DNA of 63,928 bases, counting the filler, from Octopus bimaculoides (lineage: Eukaryota), in NCBI RefSeq assembly GCF_001194135.2. It is 6 parts of 6 records of this genome, joined end to end, with 100 filler letters (N's around TTAATTAATTAA, not from the genome) between each part and the next. Parts side by side here need not be neighbours in the genome. Positions count along the whole stretch, not along the records: positions 48,325 to 52,921 come from NC_069010.1; positions 53,022 to 62,396 come from NC_068989.1; positions 62,497 to 63,928 come from NC_069004.1; 3 more parts are not named here. The stretch is one strand, 5' to 3'. The number at the start of each line of letters is the position of its first letter. Position 1 is the first letter of the stretch. The notes under the pieces were generated by a model, which did no database searches, was not told the origin of the DNA, and saw only the letters and a list, made by a program, of their open reading frames with translations. Shown here piece after piece: positions 52,336-63,928 of this stretch. The position numbers and the translations under genes are program-made.

Positions 52336-54883
52336 GCTGAATGTGCACATCCTAGCAGTCCGATTATCTCTCTCGCTTTCACAGTACTTCTCCAGTTTTG
52401 AATGTAGAGGTGGAAATTAATCTAAGATACCCACTGTAGAAAAACTCACTTGTGTGTGTATATTTATGTGTATATATATATATATATTTTTTGTTTTATT
52501 TTCTCCTGCTGCTGGCAGTTCACCCGTTGTGGAGAGGATGATAAACAAAGCTGACATTGTCTATTATGTGAGGTGAACTCTTGCTTATCTTTGATGTAGG
52601 TATGTGTGTTTGTGTGTCTGAAGATATGTACGTGTGTATGATTGTAGGTGTGTGTGTGTGTGTGTGTGAGCATGTATATACATACATGTGCGTGTATAAA
52701 TGTGTGTATGCATGTAATGTGTATGTAGGTCTGGGAATGGATTTATGTATGTGTGTGTATAAAGAGATGTTTATGTATATATACACATGTTTATATATGT
52801 GTGTATATATGTATATATACATGTTTATGTGTGTGTGTGTGTATATAAGGGGATGTTTATGTATGTATATATATGTCAGTAAGTATGGATGTGTGAATAT
52901 ATATATATATATATATATATANNNNNNNNNNNNNNNNNNNNNNNNNNNNNNNNNNNNNNNNNNNNTTAATTAATTAANNNNNNNNNNNNNNNNNNNNNNN
53001 NNNNNNNNNNNNNNNNNNNNNTATATATATATACATATATATATATATATGTATGTATGTGTGTGTGTGTGAGTGTGTGTGTGAGTGTGTGTATGTATGT
53101 GTGAGTGTGTGTGTGTACATGCGTGCGTGTGTGTGTGCATGTATATATACACACAGACGTGCATACATACATACATATATAGTGAGAGAGACGGTGGGAG
53201 AGCAAAAAATAGAGAGCGGTAACTTCAACTGCGTGTTGATACTTGGGCATAACATGCCAATTCTTAACGTCTAAAACTTATTTTTCCAAGTTTGTTTAGT
53301 ATTATGAACTATTCTGATATGCAAAATGTAGGTTCTCTGGTTTTCTAAGAAAATATGATACGCGAATATTTTCAATTCTATTCTCAGAAGCCATAACTTC
53401 GAAGCATTAACTTAATTCATTAGCGATATAACGAAAGCTACACTTGAGATAATGTGAAGTGGTGTAGTTAAAATCTATTCATGAATATATATCATAGATT
53501 GAAATTAAAAATAACTTTACTATATCAGCTATATAAACATCACATTTAAGCTTTTAACATTCGAAATCCTTTTACTAATGTATTTCAAGATTGATTTAAA
53601 AATATAATTTATAAAACTTTCAAGATGTTTCACTGTTAAAATGTTCAACTATTTTCAGTTGTAAGCTCCTGTGATACTCGACACTGACGTATACACAAAT
53701 TCACTTCTTCCCACTCTCTTTCTCTGTATACATACATACATACATACATACATATACGTACATACACATATAAAATATGTGTATACATTTATATACTATA
53801 TATTACTTAGTATATATACTATATGTATGTATATAAAATGGTATGTATATGTGTACATGTGTTGTGAAAGTTGTTTTGGGAAAGAGGAAGTTTTATTAAT
53901 TAAAAATCTACAGGAAACTTAATATTCTTCTCATATTCATATTTCGGTCAGGTGAATTCTACGCGATATAGGTATCACGTGATGTCTGTTTTTCATCTTC
54001 ATTGTTTTGAGTTCGAATCACGACAGAATGGGTGTTTGAGACTCTTTGTTCGAGCATTCATATATTTTGTGTTTCTGGAGCGATTAGAAAATAGTACAAC
54101 ATATTGAAGATATATTCCTAATGAAATCAGAATTATTATTATTTAGAAAGAACTCCTGACAGCAAAGTTTTAAATATTGTACGTAATTCAGGATGCGGGG
54201 CTATATAACATTGCAGATTCTCTTTCAGTGGGTGAGGATATGTTGTTTTATCATACTCCCTGGTATCCTCAAGTAATGGAAAATAGCAAATTATTTTTAA
54301 TGGCGGAACTCGAAGAACGTCAGTCTATAAATAATAGGGTGTAGACTATACATTTAAAAGACCTCGAGCTATAAGTAATAGCATGCAGAATATTGAATTA
54401 AAGAACCCTGGGGACCTTCGGCTTTTTTTCCACCCAAAGGTGTTTTTTAATCCATTATTCTACGCACTATCGTTTTATATATTCATCGATTTCGAGTTTC
54501 AATGTGAAAAATAATTTATATGAAATATCTCGATGTTTCTATATTCTCATAATAATCATCTAATCGAAAATAACTGAAATATCGTCAATGAAGTAAATCT
54601 GGCATGATAATAGTATAAGTCTAGTATTAATTACCTCTTCATGACTTTGTACTTTAGTTATACATACTTTTGAGGTAACTACCTGTAGAAACATTTAATC
54701 AAAGTTGTCATTTCGTGTATTGAAGGGTAGCTTCATTTAAACAGAACATATTTGCCATTAATCATAATCTTTGAAAAAATAAAGCGTAACCTTTGAGGAG
54801 CCCTTTTATCTTTTAATTGTATTCAAAAATAAAAATGATGTACCCCCCCCCCCCCAAAAAAAAAACTAACTAGAATAAAAAGG

Positions 54884-55550
54884 GGATCTATTTTAAAACG
54901 GGGGCGCCAGTATTTTCTTAACGAAACACTAACGAAACACTTTGAAACTTGGGACACTGGTAGAATGTGTCATATAAAACATCTTTTACTCTTAGTCTTC
55001 TTAACAAAAAAAAAGGAATCCGCAAGTTATTCCATGTTAAAGTTGTCGTATTTCTGTAATTTCAACCAATCACTGACGTCTATTCAGCTGAATAGAGTTA
55101 CTGCTGGGCGGTCATAAAAATGTTATTCCCTGTGACNNNNNNNNNNNNNNNNNNNNNNNNNNNNNNNNNNNNNNNNNNNNNNNNNNNNNNNNNNNNNNNN
55201 NNNNNNNNNNNNNNNNNNNNNNGTGTAACAATTTTAGAGTTCGGATTCTAGAGTTAGGGTTAGGGTTACGGTTACGGTTAACAGTCTAGTTAGGGTTAGG
55301 GTTAGGGTTAGGGGATTAATACGATATACACCGTTACAGCGCTAACTGTTTTCAACTGAATAGATGTCAGTGATTAGTAGAAATTATCGAAATAAGACAA
55401 TTTTTTACATGAAATAAATTCGAATACAAAAATATTTTTCTGTTCTATAACACAAAATAGATAAGTATACGAAGTTTGAAAGTCTTTCCGTACCAAAAAC
55501 ACTACATAAAACATAAATGAAAACTGGCGCCCCCGTTTTAAAATAGATCC
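54884..55550. mobile_element. Foldback-type MITE with perfect 28-bp TIRs and internal TTAGGG repeats
   Basis: GGATCTATTTTAAAACGGGGGCGCCAGT at 54884-54911 and its exact reverse complement at 55523-55550; further imperfect inner inverted arms (about 55025-55105 and 55330-55420); (TTAGGG/TTACGG)n at 55253-55313. Confidence 0.88.
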
Positions 55551-58500
55551 TAAAAAGGCATTAAGTTCCCAGTCATTTCAATGATTACGAAGAAATTTAA
55601 TTATGGAAATATGTTAGGTGGAAAATTTAAATGCATGATTTTCCGTAGAGATATGGATATGTATGTATGTCCATAAATAATTGAATGCTGTACTTATATC
55701 TGAGCATTATGGTAAATACCTCATTATTCATTTGAAAACAAATACTCTGTACCTTACAGAAACTATGAAACGATGTAATTACACAGTATGACAAAATCAT
55801 AATTGTGATGAAACTTTTACAATTTACGTTATGTAGTGGTTAAACGTGGTTGCAAGGTCAAATTAGTCCTGAAATGTTAGATAAGATCACGAAAACCGTA
55901 AGCCGTTCAGTTTTATGGAGAATATCTTTACTTTGCCTCAAGTTATGCCGCTTTACATATTTGATTGGTGATGTTATTAGCATATGTCATGTTTTGTTTA
56001 AGTAAACTATACGGCGATCATTTAAATTACGAATTCTGTTTAAATCGTGTCGAATGGAAATATTCCATGCGGTATATTTAATGAGAAAGGTTCATTAATT
56101 AATATTACTGTAATTTAATGACATCCTTCAAATAGTTGAATTAGATGTTCGGATTCATTGATATCAACATTAATGCCTTTGTCTGATAATGGTAGGTGTG
56201 TATCACATAAAAGCTGGGCCATTTAACAGATCTTATACTCCCTAGTGATGTAATACGAACCCTCAGTAACAGACAGATATTTCGAATCAGTCAGTTTCAA
56301 CTCACAAAGTGCCATATAAGTTTATTTAAAAAAAGAAAACTATAGATAAGTATATATTGACTATATGGTTAAAGGTGTCAAAATCTAATTTACCAATCAT
56401 AGAACTATATTGGTATATTGATTTTCTACAGCCCTTTATTTGAATCTGACACAAAGATCAGTTATAATCTTGCATGAAAGAACGATACATCGATGTCACA
56501 AGTTGTGAATTGTTTATTTTACCAATGTTTGGAATGTGTGACATTGTTTAGTAATAAAACGTCATCCTTAAATATCATGACCACACATATACACGCTGTG
56601 TAATGTTGACCTTAAATGTTAAATTATTTTTTCCTGCGTGTAATCATTTTAAGGCAATACTTAAATAGTTTATCCGTAAGAATAATATTCTATATAGAAT
56701 TACAGGCTCTGTTTGCTAGAGGGAAATATTTCACTTAATTCTTTTGTATTGTAATTGTTAATGTATTGGCTATAGGTTTTTTACAAACTTGGACTGGATA
56801 TATATTCTTGTTTCCTGGCTGGATACTTTTGAACAGATGACAGCTGTTTCTGTCGACAAAGAATTACTCTGGTATTACGATTAAGTTATTTTCTTATTTA
56901 TACACAAAGCAGAAATATTTTAAAAGAGAAATACAAGTTAGACATTTTTCTCCCGACACTTGAGAGAATGCAACGGTACTTAAATATTCAAGACTGCTGT
57001 TTAATCGAGTTGTTGTATAAAGCATACAATTTCTCTTTCACATTACGATTCTCTGCTGTCAACTGGGATTTTAACAGTTAATACAAGAAAGACATGTTGT
57101 CAATACTAATGGCAAATATTTAGAAAATGTACCATTTGTTGAACGTTCCAACCACCAAGTAAAGTTGAGGAAGAAGGCAAATTCATACATAAAATATAAA
57201 AGCATGTTTTTATTTCATTTACTGAAAAATATCTCGAAAATGTTTAAGTGGGAATGTTGTATGCTGTTTTATTCAGCTAAACTGCCTTTTATGAGCAAAA
57301 CAGCCCCATCAGAATGTCACACCTACTTAAACCTTCTTACTGTATATTTCCATTGTAGAAATGTTTATTAGGAGTGTTACAAGGCTTAATGTGCATGGAC
57401 AAGACTCTTAACGGAAGATTTTATCGGATTAATATTGAAATACGTTGTGTTGTTCCGGTGAAGTTATTCTTCTCTTTTCGGAAATAAAATATGTTTAAAT
57501 GTGTTTCTTTACCAAAGATAATATCTTCCATGCTGGTGATATTTTGCTTGGTTAGGGTGAAAGTAACACTTGACATGCATACTGGCATGTATTGATTCTA
57601 CTATGTGACCATGTATCTTCTCCGATTAATAACCAAAATCTACCCAGTCGATGATATCCCCGAGCAACTATATTAATTTAGTTGCTCTCTCAGAATAAAC
57701 TTTAGTTTCTTCTTGTCGTTATCTCTCGCCCTGTATTTCTTTTTCTTTTTCGCTTCTGATAGAAGTTTAGCGTAGTTATTTCTCCTATATGTTTTCTCTT
57801 CTAGAATATTAGTAATTGATGCTCAATTTGAAAATTAGGTTAGAAATAAAAAAAAGTTGTTCTTTCAACTTTATTTTCTCTCCCTATTGGTTACTTGTTA
57901 AATCAATGCGTAAGTTATTCTTTTAGTATATGTCTGGTATGTATTCTACAAACCGTTCGAGGATCAATACAACATTGATTTCAAACCGTGTTTCAATAAA
58001 ATCGGCTCAAGGAAAATAAAGACCATTGATGATCTGAAATATATGCTGTGTATCTGTGTGAAAGACGATGTTAAAAGACAGTATTGACGTATACAACCTG
58101 CAGTCACATTTATAATTAAACGTTAGCAGTATCTTCAGCAAAAGTGGAGTGCAATCTCGTCAGTTTCTATTTATTAAGGCAGCGACCTGTCAGTGTTGGA
58201 AAAAACGCCATGCGATATTTAGTTAGGTTCCTTAGGTACTGTGTTGAGATCCTATCAAGACAACTTTAATCTTATCCTTTTGGTGTCGATAAAATACCGT
58301 ACACGTAATGGACTGCGGGCAAATCGACTAAACCCTTCTCTTTAAATTTGCAGTTCTTGTACCTAAATCGGGAACAATAATTTTCTCGAATTTTCCATAT
58401 TATTACAAAGGTGAAGGGTCTTAAATGGTGATATTCATAGTCACAGATATCGATGTTCCTTATGGCTATTGAATACATGACACCTACGTGGAAAATTATG

Positions 58501-59873
58501 AATATTACGTGGAATATTATGATGTACTCAAGCATCTCCAATTTCAGATGTATCTAAATAGAAACTACTCATAATATTATATAAAATCTAATACATTCGG
58601 AAAGGCCAGCGAAGACACACGAGAAACCGGTTTGACGACAACGCTTGTCTAATGCAAGCAAAGTTAACACATGTTCAGGTACTTAGTCTAGATAACTTGG
58701 GTAACTGAAACACTAAACATAGCTAAGTAGATGATCTAGGCAGAAGCATAAGGAACTACATGTATTAAATTCCAACTCATAGCGTGCATTAATCCATTAT
58801 TTTAGCCACTCATTCATTTTACTTGCATATATATTCATATATAAATGACGATGTTTACATTTTCACCAATGGATACATACAATTTTTACGGGGAGAAATG
58901 ATTTCTCGGACAACTTTGTAGAGTGGTAGGGATATGTTCTATGATATCATTTGATACAAATCATTCTATGAAAGTTTCTTTTTCCTTCATCTTTGCTTGA
59001 ATGCATTAAGAAACGAATCATAAACCAAAACTATTACTGAACAATATTATTGAAGCAATCATTCTCATGCGAGTATAGTATTGGATTGCATGCATTTTCA
59101 AAGAAAAAGCAGTTAATGCTGTATTACACAGCAAGAGAACATTTTTGTTAAATGACACAGAGTAATAAAACAAACAGCATCAGCGGGTTCATATGTTGAT
59201 TTATATTTATCGATGAAAATATCAAGCTATATGTAAGTAGGTTATGAACAACGTACATCGCGAATAATATGATGGAATCTTCTAAAAGGCGCAATACTCC
59301 AAAAAGATTCTATAGTTAGAAAACATAATGGTGTGAGTTATAATTATAAAATGTCAAGTTCCATCTGGTTATATATTATGTAGAACTGTATTCCAATCTT
59401 CTAGGTGGTAGCGTGCTGCATTAATGGTGTTGAATCTCGTTGGATAAGATAATCTCAGCTACTGTTCAGAATAACAAATGTTGCGGGAGAAAAATAACCC
59501 ATTAGTTTTATCCCAGTTACGAGAATTTAAAAGGCTGCGATCTAAGGGCATGTATGTAGAGATATTAGACATGTGCATAATCTTTTACTCGACAACTATC
59601 CTGTCCCTTACATCTTATCCGACATTACTACTTCTATCCAATCTCCCAGTGTTGTTACTTAATATCTAAGTATCAACCTGACGGCAGAAACCACTTTAAA
59701 TTCAGAAAATATGCTCATTATGAAAATTGAGACTGATATATTCTAAAATTTAAATGTATGTATCATTTATGAGAAAGTACTATAATTAAGAAATTTCGGT
59801 GCAAAAAGAAAAGATAAATGTAGCGTCAGTTTGATAATTAGATATTAAGTAGCAACACTGGAAGATTGGATAG

Positions 59874-59959
59874 ATATAGTAATGTTGAATATAGTAATGT
59901 TGAATATAGTAATGTTGAATATAGTAATGTTGAATATAGTAATGTTGAATATAGTAATG
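59874..59959. repeat. 15-bp minisatellite (ATATAGTAATGTTGA) about 5.7 copies
   Basis: Direct reading; the full copies are perfect. Confidence 0.92.
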
Positions 59960-60686
59960 CTCGAAATCAAATTTAAGGCGTATGTACCCAGTTTCATAAG
60001 AAAATTTATATTTGGATCTTGAACATTTTCTAAAGGTTCTTACCTGTGCATTTAAAATATAGTAGAAGTGATTTTTTTCTCACAGTCGTACATGACATAA
60101 GACCTATAATTAACCGCCGATCATATTTTTGAAATATAAATCTGGAAAACTTTAAATGCTTAAAAAATACTTTGGAAACTGAATATGTCTGAACAGAACT
60201 TCGTCTTTGTGCTCAGCAGCACATTAATGTATTATTTGGATTAAATGTCTAAAGACTGGGATTCAGTAGTTTAGCCTGATATAAAAGAGCTCTGAGAACC
60301 TGAACAGCAGTAAAAGATTATTTAAATTACATATTTATCTCATCATATGTAACTTACTAGACCTGTTACATAAACGCACGTTTATAATTGTCTTCAAAAT
60401 ACTATACTCAACTATCATGCTCTGAAATTTTATAAATTTGAAACTATAACATAAATATATATGCATGAACAAACAATTATACGTCGCTTGCATATTTTGA
60501 AGCTTTGTGCATTAGTAATAGCACCATTGTTAATGATGCGCACATTTTCTGTGACATAAACAGCTATTTACACTGGAATGTATTTCGAAGAATTGCATTG
60601 ACAAAATACACTCTCTCTCTTCCTGTCTGTCTGCCTGTCTCTGTCGCTGTCTGTCTGTCTGTCTGTCTGTCTGTTTCTCTCTCTCC

Positions 60687-60727
<41 letters not shown>

Positions 60728-61739
60728 CCTATCTATCTATCTATCTATCTATCAACGAACCAATTAACCAATTTGTCTGTCTACCTACTCTTATATATAT
60801 ATATANNNNNNNNNNNNNNNNNNNNNNNNNNNNNNNNNNNNNNNNNNNNNNNNNNNNNNNNNNNNNNNNNNNNNNNNNNNNNNNNNNNNNNNNNNNNNNN
60901 NNNNNNNNNNNNNNNNNNNNNNNNNNNNNNNNNNNNNNNNNNNNNNNNNNNNNNNNNNNNNNNNNNNNNNNNNNNNNNNNNNNNNNNNNNNNNNNNNNNN
61001 NNNNNNNNNNNNNNNNNNNNNNNNNNNNNNNNNNNNNNNNNNNNNNNNNNNNNNNNNNNNNNNNNNNNNNNNNNNNNNNNNNNNNNNNNNNNNNNNNNNN
61101 NNNNNNNNNNNNNNNNNNNNNNNNNNNNNNNNNNNNNNNNNNNNNNNNNNNNNNNNNNNNNNNNNNNNNNNNNNNNNNNNNNNNNNNNNNNNNNNNNNNN
61201 NNNNNNNNNNNNNNNNNNNNNNNNNNNNNNNNNNNNNNNNNNNNNNNNNNNNNNNNNNNNNNNNNNNNNNNNNNNNNNNNNNNNNNNNNNNNNNNNNNNN
61301 NNNNNNNNNNNNNNNNNNNNNNNNNNNNNNNNNNNNNNNNNNNNNNNNNNNNNNNNNNNNNNNNNNNNNNNNNNNNNNNNNNNNNNNNNNNNNNNNNNNN
61401 NNNNNNNNNNNNNNNNNNNNNNNNNNNNNNNNNNNNNNNNNNNNNNNNNNNNNNNNNNNNNNNNNNNNNNNNNNNNNNNNNNNNNNNNNNNNNNNNNNNN
61501 NNNNNNNNNNNNNNNNNNNNNNNNNNNNNNNNNNNNNNNNNNNNNNNNNNNNNNNNNNNNNNNNNNNNNNNNNNNNNNNNNNNNNNNNNNNNNNNNNNNN
61601 NNNNNNNNNNNNNNNNNNNNNNNNNNNNNNNNNNNNNNNNNNNNNNNNNNNNNNNNNNNNNNNNNNNNNNNNNNNNNNNNNNNNNNNNNNNNNNNNNNNN
61701 NNNNNNNNNNNNNNNNNNNNNNNNNNNNNNNTGTTAACA

Positions 61740-62125
61740 GCACGTGGAGAAATAATAGGAAGAGAAGTGTACGAGCCGCACACAAGTGTACGAGTGGTTC
61801 ACACGTTTCCAAGATGACTAAAAAATGTTGATACTGACGAACACTCTGGGAGATCCGCAACCATTAGAACTGAGAAAAAAATGGCAGACATGCATGCAGC
61901 TATCGGGCGAAATCATCGAATTACCATCCGTGAGTTATTAGAGGATGTACAGATAAGTCACGGTTCAGTTCAGTCCATTATAACTGTAGATTTGTGTATG
62001 AGACGCGTATCTGCCAAGTTTGTGCTAAATTGCTTTCAGTTGACCAAAAAGACACTCAGGTTTCAGTTGCATAAGAATTCATTGATTGTTTCGAGAATGA
62101 TGAAAGCTTACTGAAAACTTTGCGT
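61740..62125 (+). mobile_element. Mariner transposase N-terminal remnant
   Basis: SRTQVYEWFTRFQDD*KNVDTDEHSGRS...NHRITIRELLEDVQISHGSVQSIITVDLCMRRVSAKFV. Confidence 0.9.
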
Positions 62126-62496
62126 AGATCTCTGAGTAAACATCTCCAAGCAAAATTTGATGGAGATTTTCTGCTGAAATTTCACTGTCATGGTCAATGC
62201 GACGATCACACGCTACACATGTTTATTCGTAACTGCTGTAAACAGCGAATGTGAGCTAGAATGTTAAAACTTAGTGCTCATGCACATCAGAGTTCAAATT
62301 CAATCTGTGCCAAGTAGCTTTACTCTGGATGCTTTAGCTTCGTTACTTGGACAACAATCCGGATGCTTATGCTTATTGATCAGACCACGTACATATNNNN
62401 NNNNNNNNNNNNNNNNNNNNNNNNNNNNNNNNNNNNNNNNTTAATTAATTAANNNNNNNNNNNNNNNNNNNNNNNNNNNNNNNNNNNNNNNNNNNN

Positions 62497-62757
62497 TTTA
62501 TTGAGTGAAAACACCTAAAGCTCCACGAGGGTCCGGCAGGGGATGGCGGCGAACCCTGCTGTACTCTTCCACCACAACTTTCTCTCACTCTTACTTCCTG
62601 TTTCTGTTGTGCCTGTAATTCAAAGGGTCAGCCTTGTCACACTGTGTCACGCTGAATATCCCCGAGAACTACGTTAAGGGTACACGTGTCTGTGGAGTGC
62701 TCAGCCACTTGCATGTTAATTTCACGAGCAGGCTGTTCCGTTGATCGGATCAACCGG
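62497..62757 (+). mobile_element. Interspersed SINE-like repeat, truncated by a gap and by a GC-rich segment
   Basis: GC-rich non-coding repeat body (...TGTGGAGTGCTCAGCCACTTGCATGTTAATTTCACGAGCAGGCTGTTCCGTTGATCGG) recalled from cephalopod repeats; only one copy in this window. Confidence 0.5.
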
Positions 62758-63576
62758 TGGGAATTGTGCCACCAGAGAGGGAGACTCTGACAGCGGGAAC
62801 TGTGCCGTTAACAGAGCAGTGTGAAGTCCCTCTCCAAGGAGGAGGAGGAGGAGTCTCTCCTTCTGTACCTCGAGAAAGGAACTATAAAAAGGTTCTCGGA
62901 CAGGCAGTGCGGCCAGGAAAGATCCTTCTCGGCTTGCACGACCAGTTCAACATGGCCTCCGCAGGTAGCTGTGGAGGTCGTAACTGGTAGGATCTTGTCA
63001 AGAACAAGGTCCAACTTTGACAAGAATGATTTTATCTGCCTCGCCACAGACTCCAACCTGTCAATGTGGACTTGTCTGCAGGTAGCAAGGAAATTGCTGA
63101 GGAACTGTGATGGGGCGAATTAATTAATTTGTGACTGGTTGTTTTGTTTTTTGAACATCGTAGCATTGATGTTATTATTGTAATATTATATTGTAATTAT
63201 TGAANNNNNNNNNNATATTAAACATTGTTTTGTTTTCAAAAGAAATTCCTGTAAGAGTGTTTACCTACTCAACAATGAAATTTCTCCTTGTCAATGAATA
63301 TATATTTGTCAAAAAGGAGTGACTTCCATACACAATATAGATAAGGTTTTTTAAGCAGATGTTTAATATTTGATAAGAGAATGTTATGTCAACTTGCCCC
63401 AACTATCAACTCACTGAAAAGCTACCTTTCTACATATTTCTCAGACACCCTGTGAGTGGATTTGGTAGACAGAAACTGAAAGAAATCCATCATATATATA
63501 TCATCAATATATATATATATATGTATGAATGTATATATTTGTCTGTGTGTGTCTGTGTTTCTCCCCCACCATAGTT

Positions 63577-63667
63577 GCCATCCGGTTTCACCAGTCCTCA
63601 GTCAAATCGTCCAACCCATGCTAGCATGGAAAGCGGACGTTAAACGATGATGATGATGATGATGATG

Positions 63668-63699
<32 letters not shown>

Positions 63700-63928
63700 C
63701 ATCATCATCATCATCATCATCGTTTAACGTCCGCTTTCAATGTTAGCATGGGTTGGACGATTTGACTGAGGACTGGTGAACCAGATGGCTACACCAGGCT
63801 CCAATCTTATTTGGCAGAGTTTCTACAGCTGGATGCCCTTCCTAACGCCAACCACTCCAAGAGTGTAGTGGGTGCTTTTATGTGCCACCGGCACGAAGGC
63901 CAGTCAGGCGGTACTGGCACAAGACACA
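63577..63928. mobile_element. Tail-to-tail pair of (GAT)n-tailed SINEs forming a long palindrome
   Basis: 63577-63690 and 63690-63789 are near-perfect reverse complements around a (TA)n centre; same family at 49205-49430(-) and 48325-48350(+). Confidence 0.85.

Noticed and set aside
55253-55313. Chromosome end or fusion site from TTAGGG repeats
   Set aside because: Short, degenerate and enclosed by MITE TIRs.

Overview
AT-rich, repeat-saturated animal genomic DNA from a gappy draft assembly, with about 23 N-runs, most flanked by microsatellites. The microsatellite load and SINE families look like Octopus (coleoid cephalopod); this is an inference from recall, not a database result. Almost every ORF in the supplied track is a microsatellite or N-run artefact. 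One host gene is recoverable by hand: the last five coding exons of a + strand, intron-containing DUF885-family gene (22234-22341, 23501-23565, 33005-33076, 33827-33996, 34837-35102). All splice sites are GT-AG, the phases join, and the product is a 226-aa C-terminal part with EGWATYAE, RLVVDPGIH and RYITWPGQACTYKIGELKI, ending in a GPI-anchor-like tail. Its HExxPGHH exon and N-terminus were not found in the sequenced part of the window. The rest is decayed mobile DNA: Tc1/mariner remnants and MITEs, tRNA-type SINEs, CR1- and RTE-like LINE pieces, a DINE-1/HINE-like element, and five co-oriented R4/Dong-like LINE 3' ends mostly tied to trinucleotide arrays. Several unrelated minimal hammerhead-ribozyme-like motifs lie in or near the DUF885 introns; one is on the sense strand 330 nt after a splice donor. 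Five TTAATTAATTAA 12-mers centred in 100-bp gaps are artificial scaffold-join spacers, so adjacency across them is not guaranteed.
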